Assembly: GCA_025782395.1 (NCBI GenBank)
Contig: JALGZD010000154.1
Span: 163-64,162, forward strand
DNA: 64,000 bases
Direction of reading: 5' to 3'
DNA from: a bacterium
Lineage (GTDB): Bacteria; Joyebacterota; Joyebacteria; Joyebacterales; Joyebacteraceae
Shown here in pieces: positions 56,700-64,000 of the stretch. The translations under genes and the position numbers were made by a program. The notes beneath the pieces were generated by a model. That model was not told the origin of the DNA, did no database searches, and worked only from the letters and a program-made list of their open reading frames with translations. Position 1 is the first letter of the stretch; each line of letters starts with the position of its first letter.

Positions 56700-56941
56700 A
56701 CTTGGGTAGGTGTGGGGAAGCTTCTGTTCCGTTTTGCTTAGAGGAAGAGAATACATAACCGGGATCCGCCGGGGCTGCGCAGGCACTCGATAAGCCTCGG
56801 TCGCAAGGTTGGCCTGATGACCCCCACAAGGGCCGACCGCAGTACCTCACCGTACTGGCTACCCCCTATGCACCCGCCTCCGGTCTCGCGGGTCCCGGTT
56901 ACCTCTATCTCAAAAGAGGCGTCTGCCCGGGGTGGTATTTC

Positions 56942-59503
56942 TTGAACAGATTGTGTCGACTGAGCGCGGCGATGATCGCCGGGTTTCTGATGATGGGTCT
57001 CGCGGCTCCCGCTTGGGCGGGTTCGCTGGGGGGACGCGAGCTCAGCTCGCACATCATCATCGGTGTAGATGCCGGTAGTGCGTTCGACGTAACCGTCGAG
57101 GGTGAAGCGCTTCCCGAGAGCCCCATCACTTCAAGCAGTGACGGAATTGTGACATTCCAGATTGATGATGCCGGGCTCCCGCCGGGTTCGCACACCGTCT
57201 TTGTGAGCGCAACCGGAGATCTGATCATCGGAGGCGTGTACGCGGACGGCATCACGACCAACACGGCGATCATACACTGGAGCACCAACTTGCCGGCGGA
57301 CTCCAGCGTTGAGTATGGCCCCACCGATTCCTACGGAATGACGACCCCTGCCGACCCGGAACTGACTACCGACCACGCCGTGACGCTGACAGAACTGTCA
57401 GCGGGCGTGACCTACCACTTCAGAGTTCTCTCGGACGCCGGAGGTGGGCAGTCGGCCGCGTCGGGGGATCACGAGTTCGCGACGACGTCTGACCCGCTCG
57501 TTGTCTCAGGTGTGACGATCGACGCGGTCTCTGCGACGTGGGTGACCATCACATGGCAGACCAACAGAGCGGCCGATTCGCAGATCGCCTACGGAGAGAC
57601 GATCCCGTACAGCTTCGAGACAGGCATCGATCCCTCCATGGTCACGGATCACAGTGTGACGATAACGGGGCTGGACCCCGACACCTGGTACCACTTCAGC
57701 GTGCGCAGTGAGGACGAATTCGGGGAGGTCGTATACTCGGAGGATCATGTCTTCGAGACTGCTCTTGCGCCACTCGCGGTGACCGATGTCATTGCGACAG
57801 TTACCGGGACTTCGGCTGACGTGACCTGGGTGACCAACCAGCTGGCTGACTCGCAGGTGGAGTACGGTTTGGACGCCTCGTACGGAGCGGTCTCACCGCT
57901 TGACCCGGCGATGGTCCTCGGCCATTCGATCACGGTCGCCGGACTTGAGCCCGGCGCGACCTATCACTACCGAGTACGGAGTGAAGATGAATTCGGCGAG
58001 ATCGTGTTCTCGGATGACCACACGTTCGATGCAGGTTTCGATCCACTCGAGATGAGCGGTCTCGTGGTGACGGGTGTCGGCATCAACTGGGCGATCATCG
58101 AGTGGACGACTGATAGACCGGCCGATGCGTGCGTCCATTTTGGTCTCACATCCGACTACGGGGATAGCGTGAAGGCCGAGGGGTTTGTCGAGGCCCACGC
58201 GTGCACACTGACCGGGCTCGCAGAAGCCACTGTCTATCACTTTCGGGCGGTTTCGCTCGATGAGCACGGGGTCCTCGCGGCCTCAGCGGATTCCCTTTTT
58301 GAGACTATGGAGGGAGTGCCGATGATGCCGCCTGAGATGAGCGGACTCACCCTGCGCGCAACGAGCGTCATGAGTGTTGTCGTCTCGTGGACGACGGACG
58401 TGCCGGCCACATCAGAGGTCATGTACGGAGCGGACGGTGGCCTTACCGAGACCACGGGTACGGACAGCACGCTGGTACTCGAGCACGAGGTGCACGTTTT
58501 CCCACTGATCCCGAACGTGGAGTTCACGTTCTGCGCCGTGAGCGGGTCTCCGGGCGGCACGTGTTCGAGCGATCCGTGTACGTTCTGTGCCGGACCCCCG
58601 ACGGGTATGCAGTCGAACGACAAGCCGGCCGTCGTCATCCGACCCGGAGTCTGGGCGGCCGTGGAGACCGAGGTCCGGATTCGCTGGTCTACTGACCGCC
58701 CGTGCTCGACGTGGGTGGGGTACGGGGCCGATTCGAGCTACGGCAGTATCGGGATGGCGAGTGGACTCAGCACGTGCAGTTACGAAGTCGTTCTCTCCGC
58801 TCTCGAGCCCGCCAGCGAGTACCATTACTGTGTCTACGCCTGGGACGAATGTGGGGGAGTAGCCGTGGGAGAGGATCTGACCTTCCGCACGGCGACTCCG
58901 CCGGATCTGGAGCCCCCGGCCGCGCCTGGGGGAGTCTGCTGCAGGGCATGGGCCGGCATCATCGAGGTTACGTGGCTTCCGAACTCCGAAGAAGATCTTG
59001 CGGGCTATTTCATCTACCGTATCAGGTACGATCCAGCCACGGGTGATGACTTCGGACGAACCGAGAAGCTCAACGAGGATCCTTTGATGGAAACGGTGTT
59101 CTACGATTCCCACGTGGAGCCCGCGAACAGCTATGCCTACTACACCACAGCAGTGGATACCGCCGGCAACGAGAGCGACGCTTCCGACGGGGCTTCGATC
59201 ACGCTGGCTCCGGAGCCGCCAGCCTCCATTCTGTTTACTCGTTATCCTAACCCGACGTTCGGTTCAGCGACACTCTCCTTTGATATCCCCGGCCCCGAAC
59301 CCTCGGATGTGATCCTCCGGATTCTTTCCATCGATGGGCGCGTCGTGCGTGAGCTGGCGCACGCGAGCTACGATCCGGGAAGCTATTCCATCGTCTGGGA
59401 GGGAGAGGACAGGAGGGGGGATTTCGCATCGAGCGGCATCTACCTCTGTGAGCTGACCGTAAACGATAGAATCCTCAGACATAAGCTCACGCTCATCCGC
59501 TAG
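56942..59503 (+). CDS. Large secreted multi-FN3 (purple-acid-phosphatase-N-like) repeat protein with T9SS-type/FlgD-Ig-like C-terminal domain
   Basis: Signal peptide MNRLCRLSAAMIAGFLMMGLAAPAWA (TTG 56942; alternative ATG 56972). Six ~95-aa modules with the pattern W(x)T(x3)AD(S)xVEYG...H(x)VT(L)xGL(x)PxTxYH(F/Y)RV. One classical FN3 domain. CTD YPNPTFGSATLSFDIPGPEPSDVILRILSIDGRVV...SGIYLCEL. Confidence 0.8.
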   Translation: MNRLCRLSAAMIAGFLMMGLAAPAWAGSLGGRELSSHIIIGVDAGSAFDVTVEGEALPESPITSSSDGIVTFQIDDAGLPPGSHTVFVSATGDLIIGGVYADGITTNTAIIHWSTNLPADSSVEYGPTDSYGMTTPADPELTTDHAVTLTELSAGVTYHFRVLSDAGGGQSAASGDHEFATTSDPLVVSGVTIDAVSATWVTITWQTNRAADSQIAYGETIPYSFETGIDPSMVTDHSVTITGLDPDTWYHFSVRSEDEFGEVVYSEDHVFETALAPLAVTDVIATVTGTSADVTWVTNQLADSQVEYGLDASYGAVSPLDPAMVLGHSITVAGLEPGATYHYRVRSEDEFGEIVFSDDHTFDAGFDPLEMSGLVVTGVGINWAIIEWTTDRPADACVHFGLTSDYGDSVKAEGFVEAHACTLTGLAEATVYHFRAVSLDEHGVLAASADSLFETMEGVPMMPPEMSGLTLRATSVMSVVVSWTTDVPATSEVMYGADGGLTETTGTDSTLVLEHEVHVFPLIPNVEFTFCAVSGSPGGTCSSDPCTFCAGPPTGMQSNDKPAVVIRPGVWAAVETEVRIRWSTDRPCSTWVGYGADSSYGSIGMASGLSTCSYEVVLSALEPASEYHYCVYAWDECGGVAVGEDLTFRTATPPDLEPPAAPGGVCCRAWAGIIEVTWLPNSEEDLAGYFIYRIRYDPATGDDFGRTEKLNEDPLMETVFYDSHVEPANSYAYYTTAVDTAGNESDASDGASITLAPEPPASILFTRYPNPTFGSATLSFDIPGPEPSDVILRILSIDGRVVRELAHASYDPGSYSIVWEGEDRRGDFASSGIYLCELTVNDRILRHKLTLIR

Positions 59504-59680
59504 TCGCCTCAGACAAAAGCCTGGGGTCATCCTCATCCGCCAGTTCCGTCAGACAGAATCCCCCGCTCATCCGCTGGTCGCCTCAGACAGAAGCCTGGGC
59601 TCATCCGCTGGTCCGCTCAAGCAGAAGCTCCCGCTGATGCCTGGTCTCCGCGATTCGCTCAGACCCGATTCCGGCAGACC
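59491..59680. repeat. ~5 degenerate copies of a ~35-nt tandem repeat starting inside the last codons of the FN3 gene
   Basis: Copy 1: gctcatccgctagtcgcctcagacaaaagcctgggg (59491-59526; contains stop TAG 59501-59503). Copy 3: gctcatccgctggtcgcctcagacagaagcctggg (59565-59599). Copies 2, 4 and 5 are more diverged. Confidence 0.8.
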
Positions 59681-59689
59681 TGATTGCTG

Positions 59690-59718
59690 TTGACAGGCCG
59701 GATTCGTTCTGCTAAATG
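59690..59718 (+). promoter_or_regulatory. Sigma-70-like promoter (TTGACA-17-TAAATG)
   Basis: -35 TTGACA at 59690-59695, a 17-nt spacer, and -10 TAAATG at 59713-59718 (weak last position). It lies ~100 nt upstream of ATG 59820. Confidence 0.35.
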
Positions 59719-59819
59719 CTGTGTGGCGCATGCAGTTGCCTACTCATGACAGCATATGACATCTATGGTACGAGTATCCTCTCGAAGACCGCGCGCAGCA
59801 GGTGCGCAAGGAGGATCGT

Positions 59820-60629
59820 ATGAAATCGCTGGGAATCGCCTTCGCGGCGCTCGCGATGTTGGGTCTGATAGCGTCCGTGGCAGGCGCCGTGTATGTCTCC
59901 GAACTCCTCTTCCTTGGTGCCGGGACGTACGACCACGATGTGAATCCGAACGACCCGTTCGGCTACGGTAACTACGGCTTCCTGGCCGGCGAGTACAATC
60001 TGGACGTCCACGTTACGGATGAGATCTGCAACTGGTACCTCGATCCGTCTCTGAGTGTCGATTTCGTGGGGAGCAAGTCCGCGGGGCGGGCTACTCACCA
60101 CATCGGCATGGGTGAGAATGGCATCGAGCTTGACGATGATCTCATTTCATGGGCCGCCATGGGGCACAGTTGGGAGGAAGGAAAGGGGATCTATCTTGGG
60201 TTTGGGGATGCGTCGGCACTGGTAGGGTTCGACCCGGATGTGCTGGTGGGCGAGTACGCCTGGGACGTCGATGGTGGTGGCGATGACCTCGCGCTGCGTA
60301 CGGAGCCTTCGTCCGATGTGATGCTGGCGTATTCAACGCGGATGAGAATGTACAGATCGTTCACCTGGTTGTCCGACCAGCCCGTGGCCGAGTGGATGGG
60401 CGCTTGGATGCTACCGTTCGTCGGGGGCGTTGCGATGGATGGTCTGGAGCACGGCCTCAGAAAGATCGCGACGCGGCTGGGCGAGTGGGACACGGAGGAT
60501 TACTCTGTCAGCTACGGTGGGCGGATGCGGGTCACTGGTTGCACTGAAGCGCCTGTGCCGGAGCCTATAACGCTCCTTCTGTTCGGTGGTGGTCTGGTAG
60601 GGGCCGCACTTCTGCGAAGACGGAGATAG
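59820..60629 (+). CDS. PEP-CTERM sorting-domain protein (exosortase substrate)
   Basis: ATG 59820 after AAGGAGGA. Signal peptide MKSLGIAFAALAMLGLIASVAGA. C-terminus PVPEPITLLLFGGGLVGAALLRRRR (VPEP at 60555-60566, then a TM helix, then an Arg cluster). Confidence 0.85.
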   Translation: MKSLGIAFAALAMLGLIASVAGAVYVSELLFLGAGTYDHDVNPNDPFGYGNYGFLAGEYNLDVHVTDEICNWYLDPSLSVDFVGSKSAGRATHHIGMGENGIELDDDLISWAAMGHSWEEGKGIYLGFGDASALVGFDPDVLVGEYAWDVDGGGDDLALRTEPSSDVMLAYSTRMRMYRSFTWLSDQPVAEWMGAWMLPFVGGVAMDGLEHGLRKIATRLGEWDTEDYSVSYGGRMRVTGCTEAPVPEPITLLLFGGGLVGAALLRRRR

Positions 60630-60654
60630 CAAATCAGAGGCAATAAGGTATACT

Positions 60655-60690
60655 GGAGGGGCAGAGGCTTGTTGCTGCCCCTCCATTTAT
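60655..60690 (+). terminator. Rho-independent terminator
   Basis: GGAGGGGCAG (60655-60664), a 10-nt loop, and CTGCCCCTCC (60675-60684), followed by ATTTAT. Confidence 0.75.
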
Positions 60691-60704
60691 GTACGAATTA
60701 ACTC

Positions 60705-60733
60705 TTGCCGAGTTATGGAACCTGTGGTAGTAT
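60705..60733 (+). promoter_or_regulatory. Sigma-70-like promoter (TTGCCG-17-TAGTAT)
   Basis: -35 at 60705-60710, a 17-nt spacer, and -10 TAGTAT at 60728-60733. It lies 65 nt upstream of ATG 60799. Confidence 0.4.
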
Positions 60734-60798
60734 TGGTATTAGTGGATTGAAAAGCAGGTCGCTGACAGCTAATGCCGTTCTTGACAGGAGGTAGCGCC

Positions 60799-61572
60799 AT
60801 GAGACCGCTCGCACTTGTGATGATGATTGCTCTGTTGTTCTTGACGGTCGGTTCTGCCGATGCAAGTCTTCTCAGTGACTGGTTCGGGATCGAGCTCGCC
60901 GTCGATGAGACGGGGACGTTCAATCACGACTGGACACCAACGACGGCAACAGCCGACTATTTCATCGATGACAACTGGAGCGCACACTTCGGCAGACCTG
61001 CTCACGGTGGAGAGCAGTTCGACATCGAGGCCATGTATTTCGACAACGATGCTACGAATGCCTACATCGCGGTCGTGACATCATTCAACGTCCCGGGCGG
61101 AGTGAGCTTCCTGGGTGAAGATATCGTGGCCGGCGACCTCGCGCTTGATCTCGGACTCGGGATGTACGAGATGGGTATCGACATTGATGGAGGCACAGGC
61201 ACCGTCGCAGCTACGAGTGTGGATGACTGGTACCAGGGGAATGACGTCTACATCGCTGAGTACGGTCTCACGAACTTCAGCGGCGGCATGACGCTCGGCA
61301 CCGCCTCAGTCGACTACTTCACGTACGACCTGGTCGAGCGCGGCTACGGAACCTACGTTTTCGAGATCACGGTAGATCGCAGTCTCCTCACCGGCGCGCC
61401 GATCTTCGACAATTCGATCGGCATGGAGTGGACGATCGGCTGCCGCAACGACGTTATCCATCTTGACGGTGACTTCGACGACGAGCCCGTGGTCCCGGAG
61501 CCCAGCACGATTCTGCTGCTCGGGACGGGCCTTCTCGGCATGGCCGGTGTCGTACGGAGACGCAGGAAGTAA
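60799..61572 (+). CDS. PEP-CTERM sorting-domain protein (exosortase substrate)
   Basis: ATG 60799 lies 7 nt after AGGAGG. Signal peptide MRPLALVMMIALLFLTVGSADA. C-terminus VVPEPSTILLLGTGLLGMAGVVRRRRK (PEP at 61495-61503). Confidence 0.85.
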   Translation: MRPLALVMMIALLFLTVGSADASLLSDWFGIELAVDETGTFNHDWTPTTATADYFIDDNWSAHFGRPAHGGEQFDIEAMYFDNDATNAYIAVVTSFNVPGGVSFLGEDIVAGDLALDLGLGMYEMGIDIDGGTGTVAATSVDDWYQGNDVYIAEYGLTNFSGGMTLGTASVDYFTYDLVERGYGTYVFEITVDRSLLTGAPIFDNSIGMEWTIGCRNDVIHLDGDFDDEPVVPEPSTILLLGTGLLGMAGVVRRRRK

Positions 61573-61606
61573 ACCGCAGGAGTCATCAAGCCCACGGCTC
61601 ATTGGA

Positions 61607-61635
61607 AAGGGGCAGGGAGTTTATCCCTGCCCCTT
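61607..61635. terminator. Bidirectional stem-loop terminator between convergent genes
   Basis: AAGGGGCAGGGA (61607-61618), a 5-nt loop, and TCCCTGCCCCTT (61624-61635). A/T-containing flanks on both sides. Confidence 0.7.
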
Positions 61636-61675
61636 CTCTATTGTGCGGCGCTCGCTGCAGGCGCGCGGTTGAGGA

Positions 61676-62431
61676 CTAGTCGTCCCAACCCTGGTTCTCG
61701 AGAAGTTGATCCTCGGGCACGTCCCGGATGGGTCGGGCTGGAGTTCCCATAACGATCTTGCCTGCGGGGGCATCTTTCGTCAGAACCGAACCGGCCGCCA
61801 CGAGCGCGTCGGCGCCGACGGTCTTGCCCGGCAGTATCACAACTCCGGCACCAATCCTGCCGCCTTTCTCAACGATCACGCCCTTGAAGTGCTTGAATCG
61901 TTCCTCGGAGCGCCCGACGAAATTGTCGTTCGACGTCGACACGCCGGGGGCGACGAAGACCCTGTCTCCGAGTTTGGAATAGGCAGTGATATAACACTCG
62001 CTTTCCAGCTTGCAGCGGCGGCCTATGCGGCAGTGGTTTTCCACCGTCACGCCTCTGCCGACGATTGTGTACTCGCCGATGACTACGTTCTCCCTGATCG
62101 ATGCCAGGTCGGCGACCAGAACCCGCGTACCGAGTTCACAGCCCGCATACACGACAACGCAGGCGCCGATGAGGCACTCGTCGGCGATGATCGCGGGGGG
62201 AACATCGTCTCCTTCGGTCGTTGCGCTCAAGGCAGCCTTCATCGGGAGCTTGCCGATGACGGTGTTGTCGTCGATCCGGACGTGGTCTCCGATCACCGTT
62301 CCTGGGTGTATGACAACATTGCTTCCGATCTCACATCCCGCACCGATCTTCACATCTCGCTCGACGACTGTGAAGTAGCCCAACGCTGTGCCCGCGCCCA
62401 CGGTTGCTGAGGGATCTACGTACCTGTCCAT
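61676..62431 (-). CDS. Left-handed beta-helix (hexapeptide-repeat) sugar N-acyl/acetyltransferase
   Basis: Repeated [LIV]-G-x4 hexapeptides throughout (VGAGTALG, IGAGCEIGSNVVIHPGTVIGDHVRIDDNTVIG, IGAGVVILPGKTVGADALVAAGSVL). Confidence 0.75.
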   Translation of the reverse strand: MDRYVDPSATVGAGTALGYFTVVERDVKIGAGCEIGSNVVIHPGTVIGDHVRIDDNTVIGKLPMKAALSATTEGDDVPPAIIADECLIGACVVVYAGCELGTRVLVADLASIRENVVIGEYTIVGRGVTVENHCRIGRRCKLESECYITAYSKLGDRVFVAPGVSTSNDNFVGRSEERFKHFKGVIVEKGGRIGAGVVILPGKTVGADALVAAGSVLTKDAPAGKIVMGTPARPIRDVPEDQLLENQGWDD

Positions 62432-62528
62432 CGAGCCAGTCCTTTCGTGTGTTGCGCCGTTCAGCTTCGATCCTCATGAGCGAGGTCGCGGTCCGGACAA
62501 GTCCGACCTGCAATCAGTGCTGAGCGGG

Positions 62529-63545
62529 TCAGTAGAGTTTCACTGGAGCACCGCCGCTCTTGAGAGAACGCTGTGCCGCGTCGAGAACGCGTACGACACG
62601 GAGCCCGTCGCGTCCGTCGGAGCGAGGCTGCGTGTGGTTTTCAACGCACTCTATGAAGTGGGCGCACTCGACCTTGAGCGGCTCGGCGTGCTTGAGGGCT
62701 GGTATGGTCACCTCTCCGAAGCGCAGCGAAAGCGACTCGGCGTACCCTACGAACTTCCCGTCCTTCCCTGATCCATCCACGCCCTTGTCGTAGATCCTGA
62801 TCTTCTCCGCCGACATCATGTCGTCGAAAACGACCATCTTCCTGCTGCCGACGAGCGTGGTGCGGCGTACCTTGTGCGGGTCGAGCCACGAGACATGGAC
62901 CTGCGCGAGCTTGTCATTGCTGAATCGCATCCACAGGAAGACGACATCCTCGATGTCAGGCTGGATATAGGCAGCGCCGGTGGCGGCTACCTCCACCGGC
63001 TCCTCATCGAGAAGGTGGAGGATTACGGAAATATCGTGCGGCGCGAAGCTCCAGAGCGCGTTCTCATCCTGTCGTATCTTCCCAAGATTGACCCGCTCCG
63101 AGTAAATGTAGTACGGGTCGCCGAGTTCGCCGCTGTCCAGGAGTTCCTTCATCTTAAGGACAGCAGGGTGGTACTCAAGAAGATGTCCGACCATCAGTAT
63201 CCTGTCATTGGTTTCGGCGAGTTTGACGAGTTCGACGGCATCGTCAAGACGCAGCGTCATAGGCTTCTCGACGTAGACGTCCTTGCCGCTTTCGAGTGCC
63301 CTTCTTGCGAGCGCGAAATGGGTAGGAGCCGGCGTCGCGATCGCTACGGCGTCGATCGCAGGATTCGCGAAGATGTCCTCTGGGTCCGTGGTCCGGCTGA
63401 CGCCCCGAGCACCATTCAGTGCGGTCGCACAGCGCTCGGTGTCGGAATCGCAGCAGACGCTGAGCTCGGCGCCCTTCATATGGAGGAGATTCCTGAGGAG
63501 ATTGCGTCCCCAGGCTCCCGTGCCTATCAGTGCCAGCTTGAGCAC
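62529..63545 (-). CDS. Gfo/Idh/MocA-family sugar-nucleotide oxidoreductase (WbpB-like)
   Basis: Proposed GTG 63545, 4 nt after GGAGGA, gives (V)LKLALIGTGAWGRNLLRNL (Rossmann fold). Also EKPMTL. The ORF-track start 63749 adds 68 implausible residues. Confidence 0.8.
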   Translation of the reverse strand: MLKLALIGTGAWGRNLLRNLLHMKGAELSVCCDSDTERCATALNGARGVSRTTDPEDIFANPAIDAVAIATPAPTHFALARRALESGKDVYVEKPMTLRLDDAVELVKLAETNDRILMVGHLLEYHPAVLKMKELLDSGELGDPYYIYSERVNLGKIRQDENALWSFAPHDISVILHLLDEEPVEVAATGAAYIQPDIEDVVFLWMRFSNDKLAQVHVSWLDPHKVRRTTLVGSRKMVVFDDMMSAEKIRIYDKGVDGSGKDGKFVGYAESLSLRFGEVTIPALKHAEPLKVECAHFIECVENHTQPRSDGRDGLRVVRVLDAAQRSLKSGGAPVKLY

Positions 63546-63691
63546 CTGATCCTCCAGTTCGAACCCGCTTTGGCACTGCGGGCGGATGTGCGCAAAGGTG
63601 CAGCCGTCCAGCCTCACGGGCGGCCACAGATCCCGTCTGCCACAGCGACTATAGCCAGTCGTCTCACACATGGCAACATCTACCACAGCAC

Positions 63692-63707
63692 TGCAATATG
63701 TGTACCA
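63692..63707 (-). promoter_or_regulatory. Candidate sigma-54 promoter (TGGTAC-N5-TTGCA)
   Basis: The minus strand reads TGGTACACATATTGCA. GG/GC are at canonical spacing with a perfect TTGCA -12 box. It lies ~147 nt upstream of GTG 63545. Confidence 0.5.
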
Positions 63708-63869
63708 GTGTTGCTGGGTGGACGACGGCCCCTTGACGAGGCCCGACACATGCGGCTAGACTCGACGGAAATGACTTGTCGATGGCATCCGGCCATCGCT
63801 TTTCCGGAGCGCGTTCGGTGGAACACCGCTCAAGAGAGCCAGCCGGGCGTGGGGTGCAGGGGAGGGAAC

Positions 63870-64000
63870 GTGGACAAGACCGAACTGATGTTCAAGGAGC
63901 TTACTGAGGCCAACGGTATCTCCGGGTTTGAGGACGAGGTAGCCGACCTCATGGCGTCGTACGTTGAGGACGTCGCGACTGTCAGCTTCGACAAGCTGGG
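63870..64000 (+). CDS. M42-family aminopeptidase/endoglucanase-like protein, C-terminus cut by window edge
   Basis: GTG 63870 after GGAGGG. (V)DKTELMFKELTEANGISGFEDEVADLM matches the usual M42 N-terminus (L..L.ea.G.SG.E..v). Only 43 codons are visible. Confidence 0.55.
   Translation, partial: MDKTELMFKELTEANGISGFEDEVADLMASYVEDVATVSFDKL

Noticed and set aside
56700-56941. c-di-GMP (GEMM-I-like) riboswitch in the leader of the FN3 adhesin-like gene.
   Set aside because: Only a vague resemblance (…GGTCGCAAGG…GGCC…) is present. The conserved GGCAAACC / GGGACGCAAAGCC.CCGG cores are absent. This cannot be supported without an Infernal scan.
59724-59739. Sigma-54-like element TGGCGCATGCAGTTGC upstream of the first PEP-CTERM gene.
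   Set aside because: The GG-to-GC spacing is one nucleotide longer than the strict -24/-12 spacing, and the element lies downstream of a sigma-70-like TTGACA-17-TAAATG promoter.
63546-63749. N-terminal 68 aa of ORF 62529-63749. Similar ORF-track extensions occur at 7145-7315, 1638-1712, 18494-18676, 53923-54039 and 33553-33657.
   Set aside because: The extensions lack family similarity and often overlap upstream genes or promoters. Downstream starts have good Shine-Dalgarno motifs and give canonical N-termini or signal peptides.
1-64000. Search for tRNA/rRNA genes, transposases, integrases, prophage or defence-system genes.
   Set aside because: None were recognised by eye in any intergenic region or ORF translation. 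Absence is not proven without tRNAscan, Infernal or HMM searches.

Overview
This is a high-GC bacterial chromosomal window. I found no rRNA, tRNA, CRISPR array, transposase or integrase. All functional calls come from motif recognition by eye, with no database search.

The window has three blocks:
- Block 1 (1-10.2 kb) is accessory-looking. It holds a truncated SSF transporter, an orphan PD-(D/E)xK-like protein, and a BlaI repressor with a BlaR1/M56-TonB_C sensor behind a dual-operator promoter. It also holds a secreted papain-family protease with a MAM-like module and a T9SS-type/FlgD-Ig-like C-terminal domain (CTD), a SAM methyltransferase, and a frameshifted AsnB-like amidotransferase.
- Block 2 (10.3-25.8 kb) is housekeeping: rqcH-like, yicC-remA-gmk-rpoZ-coaBC, family-4 UDG, dnaB, mlaE-mlaF-mlaD, radA, ispDF, gltX and ddl.
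- Block 3 (26.2-63.5 kb) is a PEP-CTERM/exosortase exopolysaccharide (EPS) locus. It opens with 20 tightly packed plus-strand genes (26156-53897).
  - Export and precursor genes: a Wza-like exporter, a fused Wzz/BY-kinase and WecB.
  - Periplasmic glycosylation and polymer processing: a GT2 / 4-TM DMT / GT39 triad, a Wzy/O-antigen-ligase-like protein, a heparinase II/III-like lyase and a CE4 deacetylase.
  - Cytoplasmic assembly: several GT4 genes (including GT4-GT4 and GT4-phosphoglycosyl-transferase fusions) and a CapK/PaaK-like ligase.
  - Sorting and regulation: exosortase, EpsI, an unknown 6-TM protein, a TPR lipoprotein, PrsK and a PrsR-like regulator.
  - Downstream surface-protein island: a PEGA protein, an FN3 lipoprotein, an 853-aa multi-FN3 protein with a T9SS-type CTD, and two monocistronic PEP-CTERM proteins.
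  - Minus-strand sugar-nucleotide pair: a WbpB-like oxidoreductase and a hexapeptide acyltransferase.

Most notable observations:
- The PrsR-like enhancer-binding protein has an apparently dead AAA+/sigma-54 module: Walker A K->R, no GAFTGA loop, and Walker B DE->RD. Three sigma-54-type -24/-12 elements nonetheless sit in front of locus operons.
- Exosortase substrates and a T9SS-type-CTD protein lie side by side.
- An ArnC/ArnEF/ArnT-like periplasmic glycosylation triad is embedded in the exosortase operon.
- Tandem repeat arrays start at or just after the stop codons of gltX and the big FN3 gene.
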